Part shown: piece by piece, positions 1 to 12,700 of the stretch
Layout of the letters: each line of letters opens with the position of its first letter
Position numbering within the stretch: position 1 is the stretch's first letter
NCBI RefSeq assembly: GCF_036321535.1
Contig: NC_087436.1
Location: forward strand, 3,472,001-3,536,000
Length of the DNA: 64,000 nucleotides
Direction of reading: 5' to 3'
Source: Camelus dromedarius
Taxonomy: Eukaryota
Made by a program: the position numbers and the translations under genes
The notes under the pieces: model-generated
What the model was told of the DNA's origin: nothing
The model's input: the letters and a program-made list of their open reading frames with translations, nothing else
The model's database searches: none

Positions 1-2269
1 TGAGCTTTTACCTCCCCATATATATGTATGGAGTGGAGTTTGCAACTGAAAAGAAACTTTGTGTTCCCAACAATCTAGGTGAAGAACGGCTTTCACACAC
101 ATTTATCTCTCAGAACTGAGCATGTGGAGAGACGTTCGTTCATCTAGCACAAAGGGAACGGGTTGCTTTAGAAACATTTACTCTGGTTTCTCAGTCTGTT
201 TCCTAGGGCCAGTTTGAAGTTCCTGCAGTTTTCACTGTAAAACCGAGTTGGAGCTAGTAAATCCCCATATATATGTATGGAGTGGAGTTTGCAACTGGAA
301 AGAAAATTTGTGTTCCCAACAAGCTAGGTGAAGGACGGCTTTCACACACACTTATCTCTCAGAACTGAGCATGTGGAGAAACTTTCGTTCATCTAGCACA
401 AAGGGAATGGGTTGCAGGAGAAACTTTTTCTCTGGTTTCTCAGACTGTTTCCTAGTGCCGGGTTGAAGTTCCTGCAGTTTTCACTGTAAAACCAAGTTGG
501 AGCTAGTACCTCCCCATATATATGTATGGGGTGGAGTTTGAAACTGAAAAGAAACTTTGTGTTCCCAACAACCTAGGTGAAGGACGGCTTTCACACACAC
601 TTATATTTCAGAACTGAGCATGTGGAGAGACTTTCGTTCATCTAGCACAAAGGGAACGTGTTGCAGGAGAAATTTTTACTCTGGATTCTCAGTCTGTTTC
701 CTAGGGCCGGTTTGAAGTTCCTGCAGTTTTAACAGCAATACCGAGTTGGAGCTTATACCTCCCCATATATATGTAAGGATCGGTGTTTGCAACTGAAAAG
801 AAACTTTGTGTTCCCAGCAAGCTAGGTGAAGGACTGCTTTCACACACACTTATCTCTCAGAACTGAGCATGTGGAGAGACGTTCGTTCATCTAGCAAAAA
901 GGGAACGGTTTGCAGGAGAAAGTTTTCTCTGGTTTCTCAGTCTGTTTCCTAGTGCCGGTTTGAAGTTCCTGCAGTTTTTACTGTAAACCCGATTTGGAGC
1001 TTTTACCTCCCCATATATATGTATGGATTGGAGTTTGCAACTGAAAAGAAACTTGTGTTCCCAACAAGCTAGATGAAGGACGGCTTTCACACACACATAT
1101 CTCTCAGAACTGTGCATGTGGAGAGACGTTCGTTCATCTAGCAAAAAGGGAACGGTTTTCAGGAAAAACTTTTACTCTGGTTTCTCAGTCTGTTTCCTAG
1201 TGCCGGTTTAAAGTTCCTGCAGTTTTCACTGTAAAATCGAGTTGGAGCTAGTACCTCCCCATATATATGTATGGAGTGGGGTTTGCAAATGAAAAGAAAC
1301 TTTGTGTTCCCAACAAGCTAGGTGAAGGACGGCTTTTACACACACTTAACTCTCAGAACTGAGCATGTGCAGAGACGTTCTTCCATCTAGCAGAAAGGGA
1401 ACGGTTTGCAGGAGAAACTTTTACTTTGTTTTCTCAGTCTGTTTCCTAGTGCCGGTTTGAAGTTCCTGCAGTTTTCACTGTAAAACAGTGTTGGAGCTGG
1501 TACCTCCCCATATATATGTATGGAGTTGAGTTTGCAACTGAAAAGAAACTTTGTGTTCCCAAAAAGCTAGGTGAAGGACGGCTTTCAAACACACTTATCT
1601 CTCAGAACTGAGCATGTGGAGAGACGTTCGTTCATCTAGCAATAAGGGAACGGTTTGCAGGTGAAACCTTTCTATGGTTTCTCAGTCTGTTTCCTAGTGC
1701 CGGTTAGAAATTCCTGCAGTTTTCAATGTAAACCCGAGTTGGAGCTTGTACCTCCCCATATATATGTATGGATTGGATTTTGCAACTGAAAAGAAACTTG
1801 TGTTCCCAACAAGCAAGGTGAAGGACGGCTTTCACACACACTTATCTTTCAGAACTGAGCATGTGGAGAGACGTTCGTTCATCTAGCAAAAAGAACGGGT
1901 TTCAGGAGAAACTTTTACTCTGGTTTCTCAGTCTGTTTCCTAGTGCCGGTTTAAAGTTCCTGCAGTTTTCACTGTAAAACCGTGTTGGAGAGAGTACCTC
2001 CCCATATATATGTATGGAGTTGAGTTTTCAACTGAAAAGAAACTTTGTGTTCACAACAAGCTAGGTGAAGGACGGCTTTCACACATATTTATCTCTCAGA
2101 TCTGAGCATGTGGAGAGACGTTCGTTCATCTAGCACAAAGGGAACGGGTTGCAGGAGAAAATTTTACTCTGGATTCTCAGTCTGTTTCCTAGTGCCGGTT
2201 TGAAGTTCCTGCAGTTTTCACTGTAAAACCGAGATGGAGCTAGTATTTCTCCATATTTATGTATGGAGT

Positions 2270-3790
2270 GGAGTTTGCAACTGAAAAGAAACTTTGTGTT
2301 CCCAACAAGCTAGGTGAAGTGCGGCTTTCACACACACTTGTCTCTCAGAAATGAGCATGTGGAGAGACGTTCATTCATCTTGCACAAAGGGAATGGGTTG
2401 CAGGAGAAACTTTCACTCTGGATTCTCAGTCTGTTTCCTAGGGCCGGTTTGATGTTCCTGCATTTTTCACTGTAAAATCGAGTTGGAGCTAGTATCTACC
2501 CATATATATATATGGAGTGGAATTTGCAACTGAAAAGAAACTTTGTGTTCCCAACAAGCTAGGTGAAGGACGGCTTTCACACACATTTATCTCTCAGAAC
2601 TGAGCATGTGGAGAACGTTCGTTCATCTAGCAAAAAGGGAACGAGTTGCAGGAGAAACTTTTACTCTGGTTTCTCAGTCTGTTTCCTAGTGCCGATTTCA
2701 AGTTCCTGCAGTTTTCACAGTAAAACCGAGTTGAAGCTTGTACCTCCCCATATATATGTATGGAGTGGAGTTTGCAACTTAAAGAAACTTTGTGTTCCCA
2801 ACAAGCTAGGTGAAAAACGGCTTTCACACACATTTATCTCTCAGAACTGAGTATGTGGAGAGAAGTTCGTTCATCTAGCACAATGGGAACGGGTTGCAGA
2901 GAGAAACTTTTACTCTGGTTTCTCAGTCTGTTTCCTACTGCCGGTTTGAAGTTCCTGTACTTTTCACTGTAAAACCGAGTTTGAGCTTTTACCTCCCCAT
3001 ATATATGTATGGAGTGGAGTTTGCAACTGAAAAGAAACTTTGTGTTCCCAACAAGCTAGGTGAAGTGCGGCTTTCACACACACTTGTCTCTCAGAAATGA
3101 GCATGTGGAGAGACGTTCATTCATCTTGCACAAAGGGAATGGGTTGCAGGAGAAACTTTCACTCTGGATTCTCAGTCTGTTTCCTAGGGCCGGTTTGATG
3201 TTCCTGCATTTTTCACTGTAAAATCGAGTTGGAGATAGTATCTCCCCATATATATATATGGAGTGGAATTTGCAACTGAAAAGAAACTTTGTGTTCCCAA
3301 CAAGCTAGGTGAAGGACGGCTTTCACACACATTTATCTCTCAGAACTGAGCATGTGGAGAACGTTCGTTCATCTAGCAAAAAGGGAACGAGTTGCAGGAG
3401 AAACTTTTACTCTGGTTTCTCAGTCTGTTTCCTAGTGCCGATTTCAAGTTCCTGCAGTTTTCACAGTAAAACCGAGTTGAAGCTTGTACCTCCCAATATA
3501 TATGTATGGAGTGGAGTTTGCAACTTAAAGAAACTTTGTGTTCCCAACAAGCTAGGTGAAAAACGGCTTTCACACACATTTATCTCTCAGAACTGAGTAT
3601 GTGGAGAGAAGTTCGTTCATCTAGCACAATGGGAACGGGTTGCAGGAGAAACTTTTACTCTGGTTTCTCAGTCTGTTTCCTACTGCCGGTTTGAAGTTCC
3701 TGTACTTTTCACTGTAAAACCGAGTTTGAGCTTTTACCTCCCCATATATATGTATGGAGTGGAGTTTGCAACTGAAAAGAAACTTTGTGT
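2270..3790. repeat. Local tandem duplication of a 3-monomer unit (746 bp)
   Basis: Variant GAAGTGCGG has its T at 2320 and 3066. GGAGAACGTT (1-bp deletion), CTTAAAG, GAGTATG and TTTGAGCTTTTAC all repeat at about +746. ORFs 2563/3309 and 2627/3373 are 746 apart. Confidence 0.92.
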
Positions 3791-6700
3791 TCCCAACAAT
3801 CTAGGTGAAGAACGGCTTTCACACACATTTATCTCTCAGAACTGAGCATGTGGAGAGACGTTCGTTCATCTAGCACAAAGGGAACGGGTTGCTTTAGAAA
3901 CATTTACTCTGGTTTCTCAGTCTGTTTCCTAGGGCCAGTTTGAAGTTCCTGCAGTTTTCACTGTAAAACCGAGTTGGAGCTAGTAAATCCCCATATATAT
4001 GTATGGAGTGGAGTTTGCAACTGGAAAGAAACTTTGTGTTCCCAACAAGCTAGATGAATGACGGCTTTCACACATACTTATCACTCAGAACTGAGCATGT
4101 GGAGAAACGTTCGTTCATCTAGCAAAAATGGAACGGGTTGCAGGACAAACTTTTACTCTGGTTTCTCAGTCTGATTCCTAGTGCCGGTTTGAAGTTCCTG
4201 CAATTTTCACTGTAACACCGAGTTGGAGCTAGTACTTCCCCATATATAATTATGGAGTGGAGTTTGCAACTGAAAAGAAAGTTTGTGTTCCCAACAAGCT
4301 AGATGAAGGACGGCTTTCACACACACTTATCCCTCAGAAATGAGCATGTGTAGAGACGTTCATTCATCTAGCACAAACGGAACGGGTTGCAGGAGAAACT
4401 TTTACTCTGGATTCTCAGTCTGTTTCCTGGGCCGGTTTGAAGTTCCTGCAGTTTTCACTGTAAAATCGAGTTGGAGCTAGAAACTCCCCATATATATGTA
4501 TGGAGTGGAGTTTGAAACTGAAAACAAACTTTGTGTTCCCAACAAGCTAGGTGAAGGACGGCTTTCACACACATTTATCTCTCAGAACTGAGCATGTGGA
4601 GAGACGTTCGTTCATCTAGCAAAAAGGGAATGGGTTGCAGGAGAAACTTTTACTCTGGTTTCTCTGTCTGTTTCCTAGTGCCGTTTTGAATTTCCTGCAG
4701 TGTTCACTGTGAAACCGAGTTGGAGTTAGTACCTCCCCATATATATGTATGGAGTGGAGTTTGCAACTGAAAAGAAACTATGTGTTCCCAACAATCTAGG
4801 TGAAGGTCGGCTTTCACTCACACTTATCTCTCAGAACTGAGCATGTGGAGAGACGTTCGTTCATCTAGCAAAAATGGAACGGGTTGCAGGAGAAACTTTT
4901 ACTCTGGTTTCTCAGTCTGTTTCCTAGGGCCAGTTTGAAGTTCCTGCAGTTTTCACTGTAAAAACGAGTTGGAGCTAGTACCTCCCCATATATATGTATG
5001 GAGTGGAGTTTGCAACTGAAAAGAAACTTTGTGTTCAAACAAGCTAGGTGAAGTACGGCTTTCACACACATTTATCTCTCAGAAAAGAGCACGTGGAGAG
5101 ACGTTCATTCATCTAGCACAAACGGAACGGGTTGCAGGAGAAACTTTTACTCTGGTTTCTCAGTCTGTTTCCTAGTGCCGATTTGAAGTTCCTGCACTTT
5201 TCACTGTAAAACCGATTTGGAGCTTGTACCTCCCGTATATATGTATGGAGTGGGTTTGCAACTGAAAAGAATCTTTCTGTTAACAACAAGCCAGGGGAAA
5301 GGCGGCTTTCACACACACTTATCTTTCAGAAATGAGCATGTGGAGATACGTTCGTTCATCTAGCACAATCGGAACGGGTTGCAGGAGAAACTTTTACTCT
5401 AGTTTCTCAGTCTGTTTCCTAGGGCCGGTTTGATGTTCCTGCAGTTTTCACTGTAAAATCGAGTTGGAGCTGGTACCTCCCCATATATATGATTGGATTG
5501 GTGTTTGCAACTGAAAAGTAAATTTCTGTTCCCAACAAGCTAGGTGATGTACGGCTTTCACACAATTATGTCTCAGAACTGAGCATGTGGAGAGACTTTC
5601 GTTCATCTAGCAAAATGGGAACGGGTTGCAGGGGAAACTTTTACTCTGGTTTCTCAGTCTGTTTCCTAGTGCCGGTTTGAAGTTCCTGCAGTTTTCACTG
5701 TAAAATCGAGTTGGAGCTTGTACCTCCCCATATAAATGTATGGAGTGGTGTTTGCAAATGAAAAGAAACTTTGTGTTCCCAACAAGCTAGATGAAGGACA
5801 GCTTTCACACACACTTATGTCTCCGAACTGAGCATGTGGAGAGACGTTCGTTCATCTAGCAAAAAGGGAACGGTTTGCAGGAGAAACTTTTACTCTGGTT
5901 TCTCAGTCTGTTTCCTAGTGCCGGTTTGAAGTTCCTGCAGTTTTCACTGTAAAACAGACTTGGAGCTTGTACCTCCCCATATATATGTTTGGAGTGGAGT
6001 TTGCAACTGAAAAGAAACTTTGTGTTCCCAACAAGCTAGGTGAAGGACGGCTTTCACACACACTTATCTCTCAGAACTGAGCATGTGGAGGGACGTTCGT
6101 TCATCTAGCCAAAAGGGAACGGGTTGCTGGAGAAACTTTTACTCTGGTTTCTCAGTCTGTTTCCTAGTGCCGGTTTGAAGTTCCTGCAGATTTCACAGTA
6201 ATACCGAGTTGGAGCTTGTACCTCCCCATATATATTTATGGATTGGAGTTTGCAAGTGAAAAAAACTTTGTGTTCCCAACAAGCTAGGTGAAGGACGGCT
6301 TTCACACAAACTTATCTCTCAGAACTGAGCATGTGGAGAGACGTTCGTTCATCTAGCAAAAAGGGAACGGGTTTCAGGAGAAACTTTTACTCTGGATTCT
6401 CAGTCTGTTTCCTAGTGCCGGTTTAAATTTCCTGCAGTTTTCACTGTAAAATCGAGTTGGAGCTAGTACCTCCCCATATATATGTATGGAGTGGAGTTTG
6501 CAAATGAAAAGAAACTTTGTGTTCCCAACAAGCTAGGTGAAGGACGGCTTTCACACACACTTATCTCTCAGAACTGAGCATGTGGAGAGACGTTCGTTCA
6601 TCTAGCCATAAGGGAACGTTTTGCAGGAGAAACTTTTCTATGGTTTCTCAGTCTGTTTCCTAGTGCCGGTTAGAAATTCCTGCAGTTTTCAATGTAAAAC

Positions 6701-9700
6701 CGAGTTGGAGCTAGTACTTCTCCATATATATGTATGGAGTGGAATTTGCAACTGAAAAGAAACTTTGTGTTCCCAACAAGCTAGGTGAAGTGTGGCTTTC
6801 ACACACACTTGTCTCTCAGAAATGAGCATGTGGAGAGACGTTCATTCATCTTGCACAAAGGGAATGGGTTGCAGGAGAAACTTTCTCACTGGATTCTCAG
6901 TCTGTTTCCTAGGGCCGGTTTGATGTTCCTGCATTTTTCACTGTAAAATCGAGTTGGAGCTAGTATCTCCCCATATATATATATGGAGTGGAATTTGCAA
7001 CTGTAAAGAAACTTTGTGTTCCCAACAAGCTAGGTGAAGGACGGCTTTCACACACATTTATCTCTCAGAACTGAGCATGTGGAGAGACGTTCGTTCATCT
7101 AGCAAAAAGGGAACGAGTTGCAGGAGAAACTTTTACTCTGGTTTCTCAGTCTGTTTCCTAGTGCCGGTTTAAATTTCCTGCAGTTTTCACTGTAAAATCG
7201 AGTTGGAGCTAGATCCTCCCCATATATATATATGGAGTGGGGTTTGCAACTGTAAAGAAACTTTGTGTTCCCAAAAAGCTAGGTGAAGGACGGCTTTCAA
7301 ACACACTTATCTCTCAGAACTGAGCATGTGGAGAGACGTTCGTTCATCTAGCAATAAGGAAACGGTTTGCAGGGGAAACTTTTCTATGGTTTCTCAGTCT
7401 GTTTCCTAGTGCCGGTTAGAAATTCCTGCAGTTTTCAATGTAAACCCGAGTTGGAGCTTGTACCTCCCCATATATATGTATGGATTGGAGTTTGCAACTG
7501 AAAAGAAACTTGTGTTCCCAACAAGCAAGGTGAAGGACGGCTTTCACACACACTTATCTTTCAGAACTGAGCATGTGGAGAGACGTTCGTTCATCTAGCA
7601 AAAAGGAACGGGTTTCAGGAGAAATTTTTACTGTGGTTTCTCAGTCTGTTTCCTAGTGCCGGTTTAAAGTCCCTGAAAAATTTCACTGTAAAACCGTGTT
7701 GGAGAGAGTACCTCCCCATATATATGTATGGAGTTGAGTTTTCAACTGAAAAGAAACTTTGTGTTCACAACAAGCTATGTGAAGGACGGCTTTCACACAC
7801 ACTTATCTCTCAGATCTGAGCATGTGGAGAGACGTTCGTTCATCTAGCACAAAGGGAACGGGTTGCAGGAGAAAATTTTACTCTGGATTCTCAGTCTGTT
7901 TCCTAGTGTCGGTTTGAAGTTCCTGCAGTTTTCACTGTAAAACCGAGTTGGAGCTAGTACTTCTCCATATTTATGTATGGAGTGGAGTTTGCAACTGAAA
8001 AGAAACTATGTGTTCCCAACAATCTAGGTGAAGGTCGGCTTTCACACACACTTATCTCTCAGAACTGAGCATGTGGAGAGACGTTCGTTCATCTAGCAAA
8101 AATGGAACGGGTTGCAGGAGAAACTTTTACTCTGGTTTCTCAGTCTGTTTCCTAGAGCCAGTTTGAAGTTCCTGCAGTTTTCACTGTAAAAACGAGTTGG
8201 AGCTAGTACCTCCCCATATATATGTATGGAGTGGAGTTTGCAACTGAAAAGAATCTTTGTGTTCAAACAAGCTAGGTGAAGTACGGCTTTCACACACATT
8301 TATCTCTCAGAAAAGAGCACGTGGAGAGACGTTCATTCATCTAGCACAAACGGAACGGGTTGCAGGAGAAACTTTTACTCTGGTTTCTCAGTCTGTTTCC
8401 TAGTGCCGATTTGAAGTTCCTGCACTTTTCACTGTAAAACCGATTTGGAGCTTCTACCTCCCGTATATATGTATGGAGTGGGGTTTGCAACTGAAAAGAA
8501 TCTTTCTGTTAACAACAAGCCAGGGGAAAGACGGCTTTCACACACACTTAACTTTCAGAAATGAGCATGTGGGGATACGTTCGTTCATCTAGCACAATCG
8601 TAACGGGTTGCAGGAGAAACTTTTACTCTAGTTTCTCAGTCTGTTTCCTAGGGCCGGTTTGATGTTCCTGCAGTTTTCACTGTAAAATCGAGTTGGAGCT
8701 AGTACCTCCCCATATATATGTATGGATTGGTGTTTGCAACTGAAAAGAAAATTTCTGTTCCCAACAAGCTAGGTGATGTACGGCTTTCACACAATTATGT
8801 CTCAGAACTGAGCATGTGGAGAGACTTTCGTTCATGTAGCAAAATGGGAACGGGTTGCAGGGGAAACTTTTACTCTGGTTTCTCAGTTAGTTTCCTAGTG
8901 CCGGTTTGAAGTTCCTGCAGTTTTCACTGTAAAATCGAGTTGGAGCTTGTACCTCCCCATATAAATGTATGGAGTGGTGTTTGCAAATGAAAAGAAACTT
9001 TGTGTTCCCAACAAGCTAGGTGAAGGACGGCTTTCACACACACTTATCTCTCAGAACTGAGCATGTGGAGAGACGTTCGTTCATCTAGCCATAAGGGAAC
9101 GTTTTGCAGGAGAAACTTTTCTATGGTTTCTCAGTCTGTTTCCTAGTGCCGGTTAGAAATTCCTGCAGTTTTCAATGTAAAACCGAGTTGGAGCTAGTAC
9201 TTCTCCATATATATGTATGGAGTGGAATTTGCAACTGAAAAGAAACTTTGTGTTCCCAACAAGCTAGGTGAAGTGCGGCTTTCACACACACTTGTCTCTC
9301 AGAAATGAGCATGTGGAGAGACGTTCATTCATCTTGCACAAAGGGAATGGGTTGCAGGAGAAACTTTCACTCTGGATTCTCAGTCTGTTTCCTAGGGCCG
9401 GTTTGATGTTCCTGCATTTTTCACTGTAAAATCGATTTGGAGCTAGTATCCCCCCATATATATATATGGAGTGGAATTTGCAACTGAAAAGAAACTTTGT
9501 GTTCCCAACAAGCTAGGTGAAGGACGGCTTTCACACACATTTATCTCTCAGAACTGAGCATGTGGAGAACGTTCGTTCATCTAGCAAAAAGGGAATGAGT
9601 TGCAGGAGAAACTTTTACTCTGGTTTCTCAGTCTGTTTCCTAGTGCCGATTTCAAGTTCCTGCAGTTTTCACAGTAAAACCGAGTTGAAGCTTGTACCTC

Positions 9701-12700
9701 CCCATATATAAGTATGGAGTGGAGTTTGCAACTTAAAGAAACTTTGTGTTTCCAACAAGCTAGGTGAAAAACGGCTTTCACACACATTTATCTCTCAGAA
9801 CTGAGTATGTGGAGAGAAGTTCGTTCATGTAGCACAATGGGAACGGGTTGCAGGAGAAACTTTTACTCTGGTTTCTCAGTCTGTTTCCTACTGCCGGTTT
9901 GAAGTTCCTGTACTTTTCACTGTAAAACCGAGTTTGAGCTTTTACCTCCCCATATATATGTATGGAGTGGAGTTTGCAACTGAAAAGAAACTTTGTGTTC
10001 CCAACAATCTAGGTGAAGGACGGCTTTCACACACATTTATCTCTCAGAACTGAGCATGTGGAGAGACGTTCGTTCATCTAGCACAAAGGGAACGGGTTGC
10101 TTTAGAAACATTTACTCTGGTTTCTCAGTCTGTTTCCTAGGGCCAGTTTGAAGTTCCTGCAGTTTTCACTGTAAAACCGAGTTGGAGCTAGTACCTCCCC
10201 ATATATATGTATGGAGTGGAGTTTGCAACTGGAAAGAAACTTTGTGTTCCCAACAAGCTAGATGAATGACGGCTTTCACACATAATTATCACTCAGAACT
10301 GAGCATGTGGAGAAAAGTTCGTTCATCTAGCAAAAATGGAACGGGTTGCAGGAGAAACTTTTACTCTGGTTTCTCAGTCTGATTCCTAGTGCCGGTTTGA
10401 AGTTCCTGCAATTTTCACTGTAACACCGAGTTGGAGCTAGTACTTCCCCATATATAATTATGGAGTGGAGTTTGCAACTGAAAAGAAAGTTTGTGTTCCC
10501 AACAAGCTAGATGAAGGACGGCTTTCACACACACTTATCCCTCAGAAATGAGCATGTGTAGAGACGTTCATTCATCTAGCACAAACGGAACGGGTTGCAG
10601 GAGAAACTTTTACTCTGGATTCTCAGTCTGTTTCCTGGGCCGGTTTGAAGTTCCTGCAGTTTTCACTGTAAAATCGAGTTGGAGCTAGAAACTCCCCATA
10701 TATATGTATGGAGTGGAGTTTGAAACTGAAAACAAACTTTGTGTTCCCAACAAGCTAGGTGAAGGACGGCTTTCACACACATTTATCTCTCAGAACTGAG
10801 CATGTGGAGAGACGTTCGTTCATCTAGCAAAAAGGGAATGGGTTGCAGGAGAAACTTTTACTCTGGTTTCTCTGTCTGTTTCCTAGTGCCGTTTTGAATT
10901 TCCTGCAGTGTTCACTGTGAAACCGAGTTGGAGTTAGTACCTCCCCATATATATGTATGGAGTGGAGTTTGCAACTGAAAAGAAACTATGTGTTCCCAAC
11001 AATCTAGGTGAAGGTCGGCTTTCACTCACACTTATCTCTCAGAACTGAGCATGTGGAGAGACGTTCGTTCATCTAGCAAAAATGGAACGGGTTGCAGGAG
11101 AAACTTTTACTCTGGTTTCTCAGTCTGTTTCCTAGGGCCGGTTTGAAGTTCCTGCAGTTTTCACTGTAAAAACGAGTTGGAGCTAGTACCTCCCCATATA
11201 TATGTATGGAGTGGAGTTTGCAACTGAAAAGAAACTTTGTGTTCAAACAAGCTAGGTGAAGTACGGCTTTCACACACATTTATCTCTCAGAAAAGAGCAC
11301 GTGGAGAGACGTTCATTCATCTAGCACAAACGGAACGGGTTGCAGGAGAAATTTTACTCTGGTTTCTCAGTCTGTTTCCTAGGGCCGGTTTGATGTTCCT
11401 GCAGTTTTCACTGTAAAATCGAGTTGGAGCTGGTACCTCCCCATATATATGATTGGATTGGTGTTTGCAACTGAAAAGTAAATTTCTGTTCCCAACAAGC
11501 TAGGTGATGTACGGCTTTCACACAATTATGTCTCAGAACTGAGCATGTGGAGAGACTTTCGTTCATCTAGCAAAATGGGAACGGGTTGCAGGGGAAACTT
11601 TTACTCTGGTTTCTCAGTCTGTTTCCTAGTGCCGGTTTGAAGTTCCTGCAGTTTTCACTGTAAAATCGAGTTGGAGCTTGTACCTCCCCATATAAATGTA
11701 TGGAGTGGTGTTTGCAAATGAAAAGAAACTTTGTGTTCCCAACAAGCTAGATGAAGGACAGCTTTCACACACACTTATGTCTCCGAACTGAGCATGTGGA
11801 GAGACGTTCGTTCATCTAGCAAAAAGGGAACGGTTTGCAGGAGAAACTTTTACTCTGGTTTCTCAGTCTGTTTCCTAGTGCCGGTTTGAAGTTCCTGCAG
11901 TTTTCACTGTAAAACAGACTTGGAGCTTGTACCTCCCCATATATATGTTTGGAGTGGAGTTTGCAACTGAAAAGAAACTTTGTGTTCCCAACAAGCTAGG
12001 TGAAGGACGGCTTTCACACACACTTATCTCTCAGAACTGAGCATGTGGAGGGACGTTCGTTCATCTAGCCAAAAGGGAACGGGTTGCTGGAGAAACTTTT
12101 ACTCTGGTTTCTCAGTCTGTTTCCTAGTGCCGGTTTGAAGTTCCTGCAGATTTCACAGTAATACCGAGTTGGAGCTTGTACCTCCCCATATATATTTATG
12201 GATTGGAGTTTGCAAGTGAAAAAAACTTTGTGTTCCCAACAAGCTAGGTGAAGGACGGCTTTCACACAAACTTATCTCTCAGAACTGAGCATGTGGAGAG
12301 ACGTTCGTTCATCTAGCAAAAAGGGAACGGGTTTCAGGAGAAACTTTTACTCTGGATTCTCAGTCTGTTTCCTAGTGCCGGTTTAAATTTCCTGCAGTTT
12401 TCACTGTAAAATCGAGTTGGAGCTAGTACCTCCCCATATATATGTATGGAGTGGAGTTTGCAAATGAAAAGAAACTTTGTGTTCCCAACAAGCTAGGTGA
12501 AGGACGGCTTTCACACACACTTATCTCTCAGAACTGAGCATGTGGAGAGACGTTCGTTCATCTAGCCATAAGGGAACGTTTTGCAGGAGAAACTTTTCTA
12601 TGGTTTCTCAGTCTGTTTCCTAGTGCCGGTTAGAAATTCCTGCAGTTTTCAATGTAAAACCGAGTTGGAGCTAGTACTTCTCCATATATACGTATGGAGT

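Noticed and set aside
18..100. (TA)n and (CA)n runs as independent microsatellites, or TATATA as a TATA box
   Set aside because: They are 3-6-unit fixed components of every monomer, with no associated gene.
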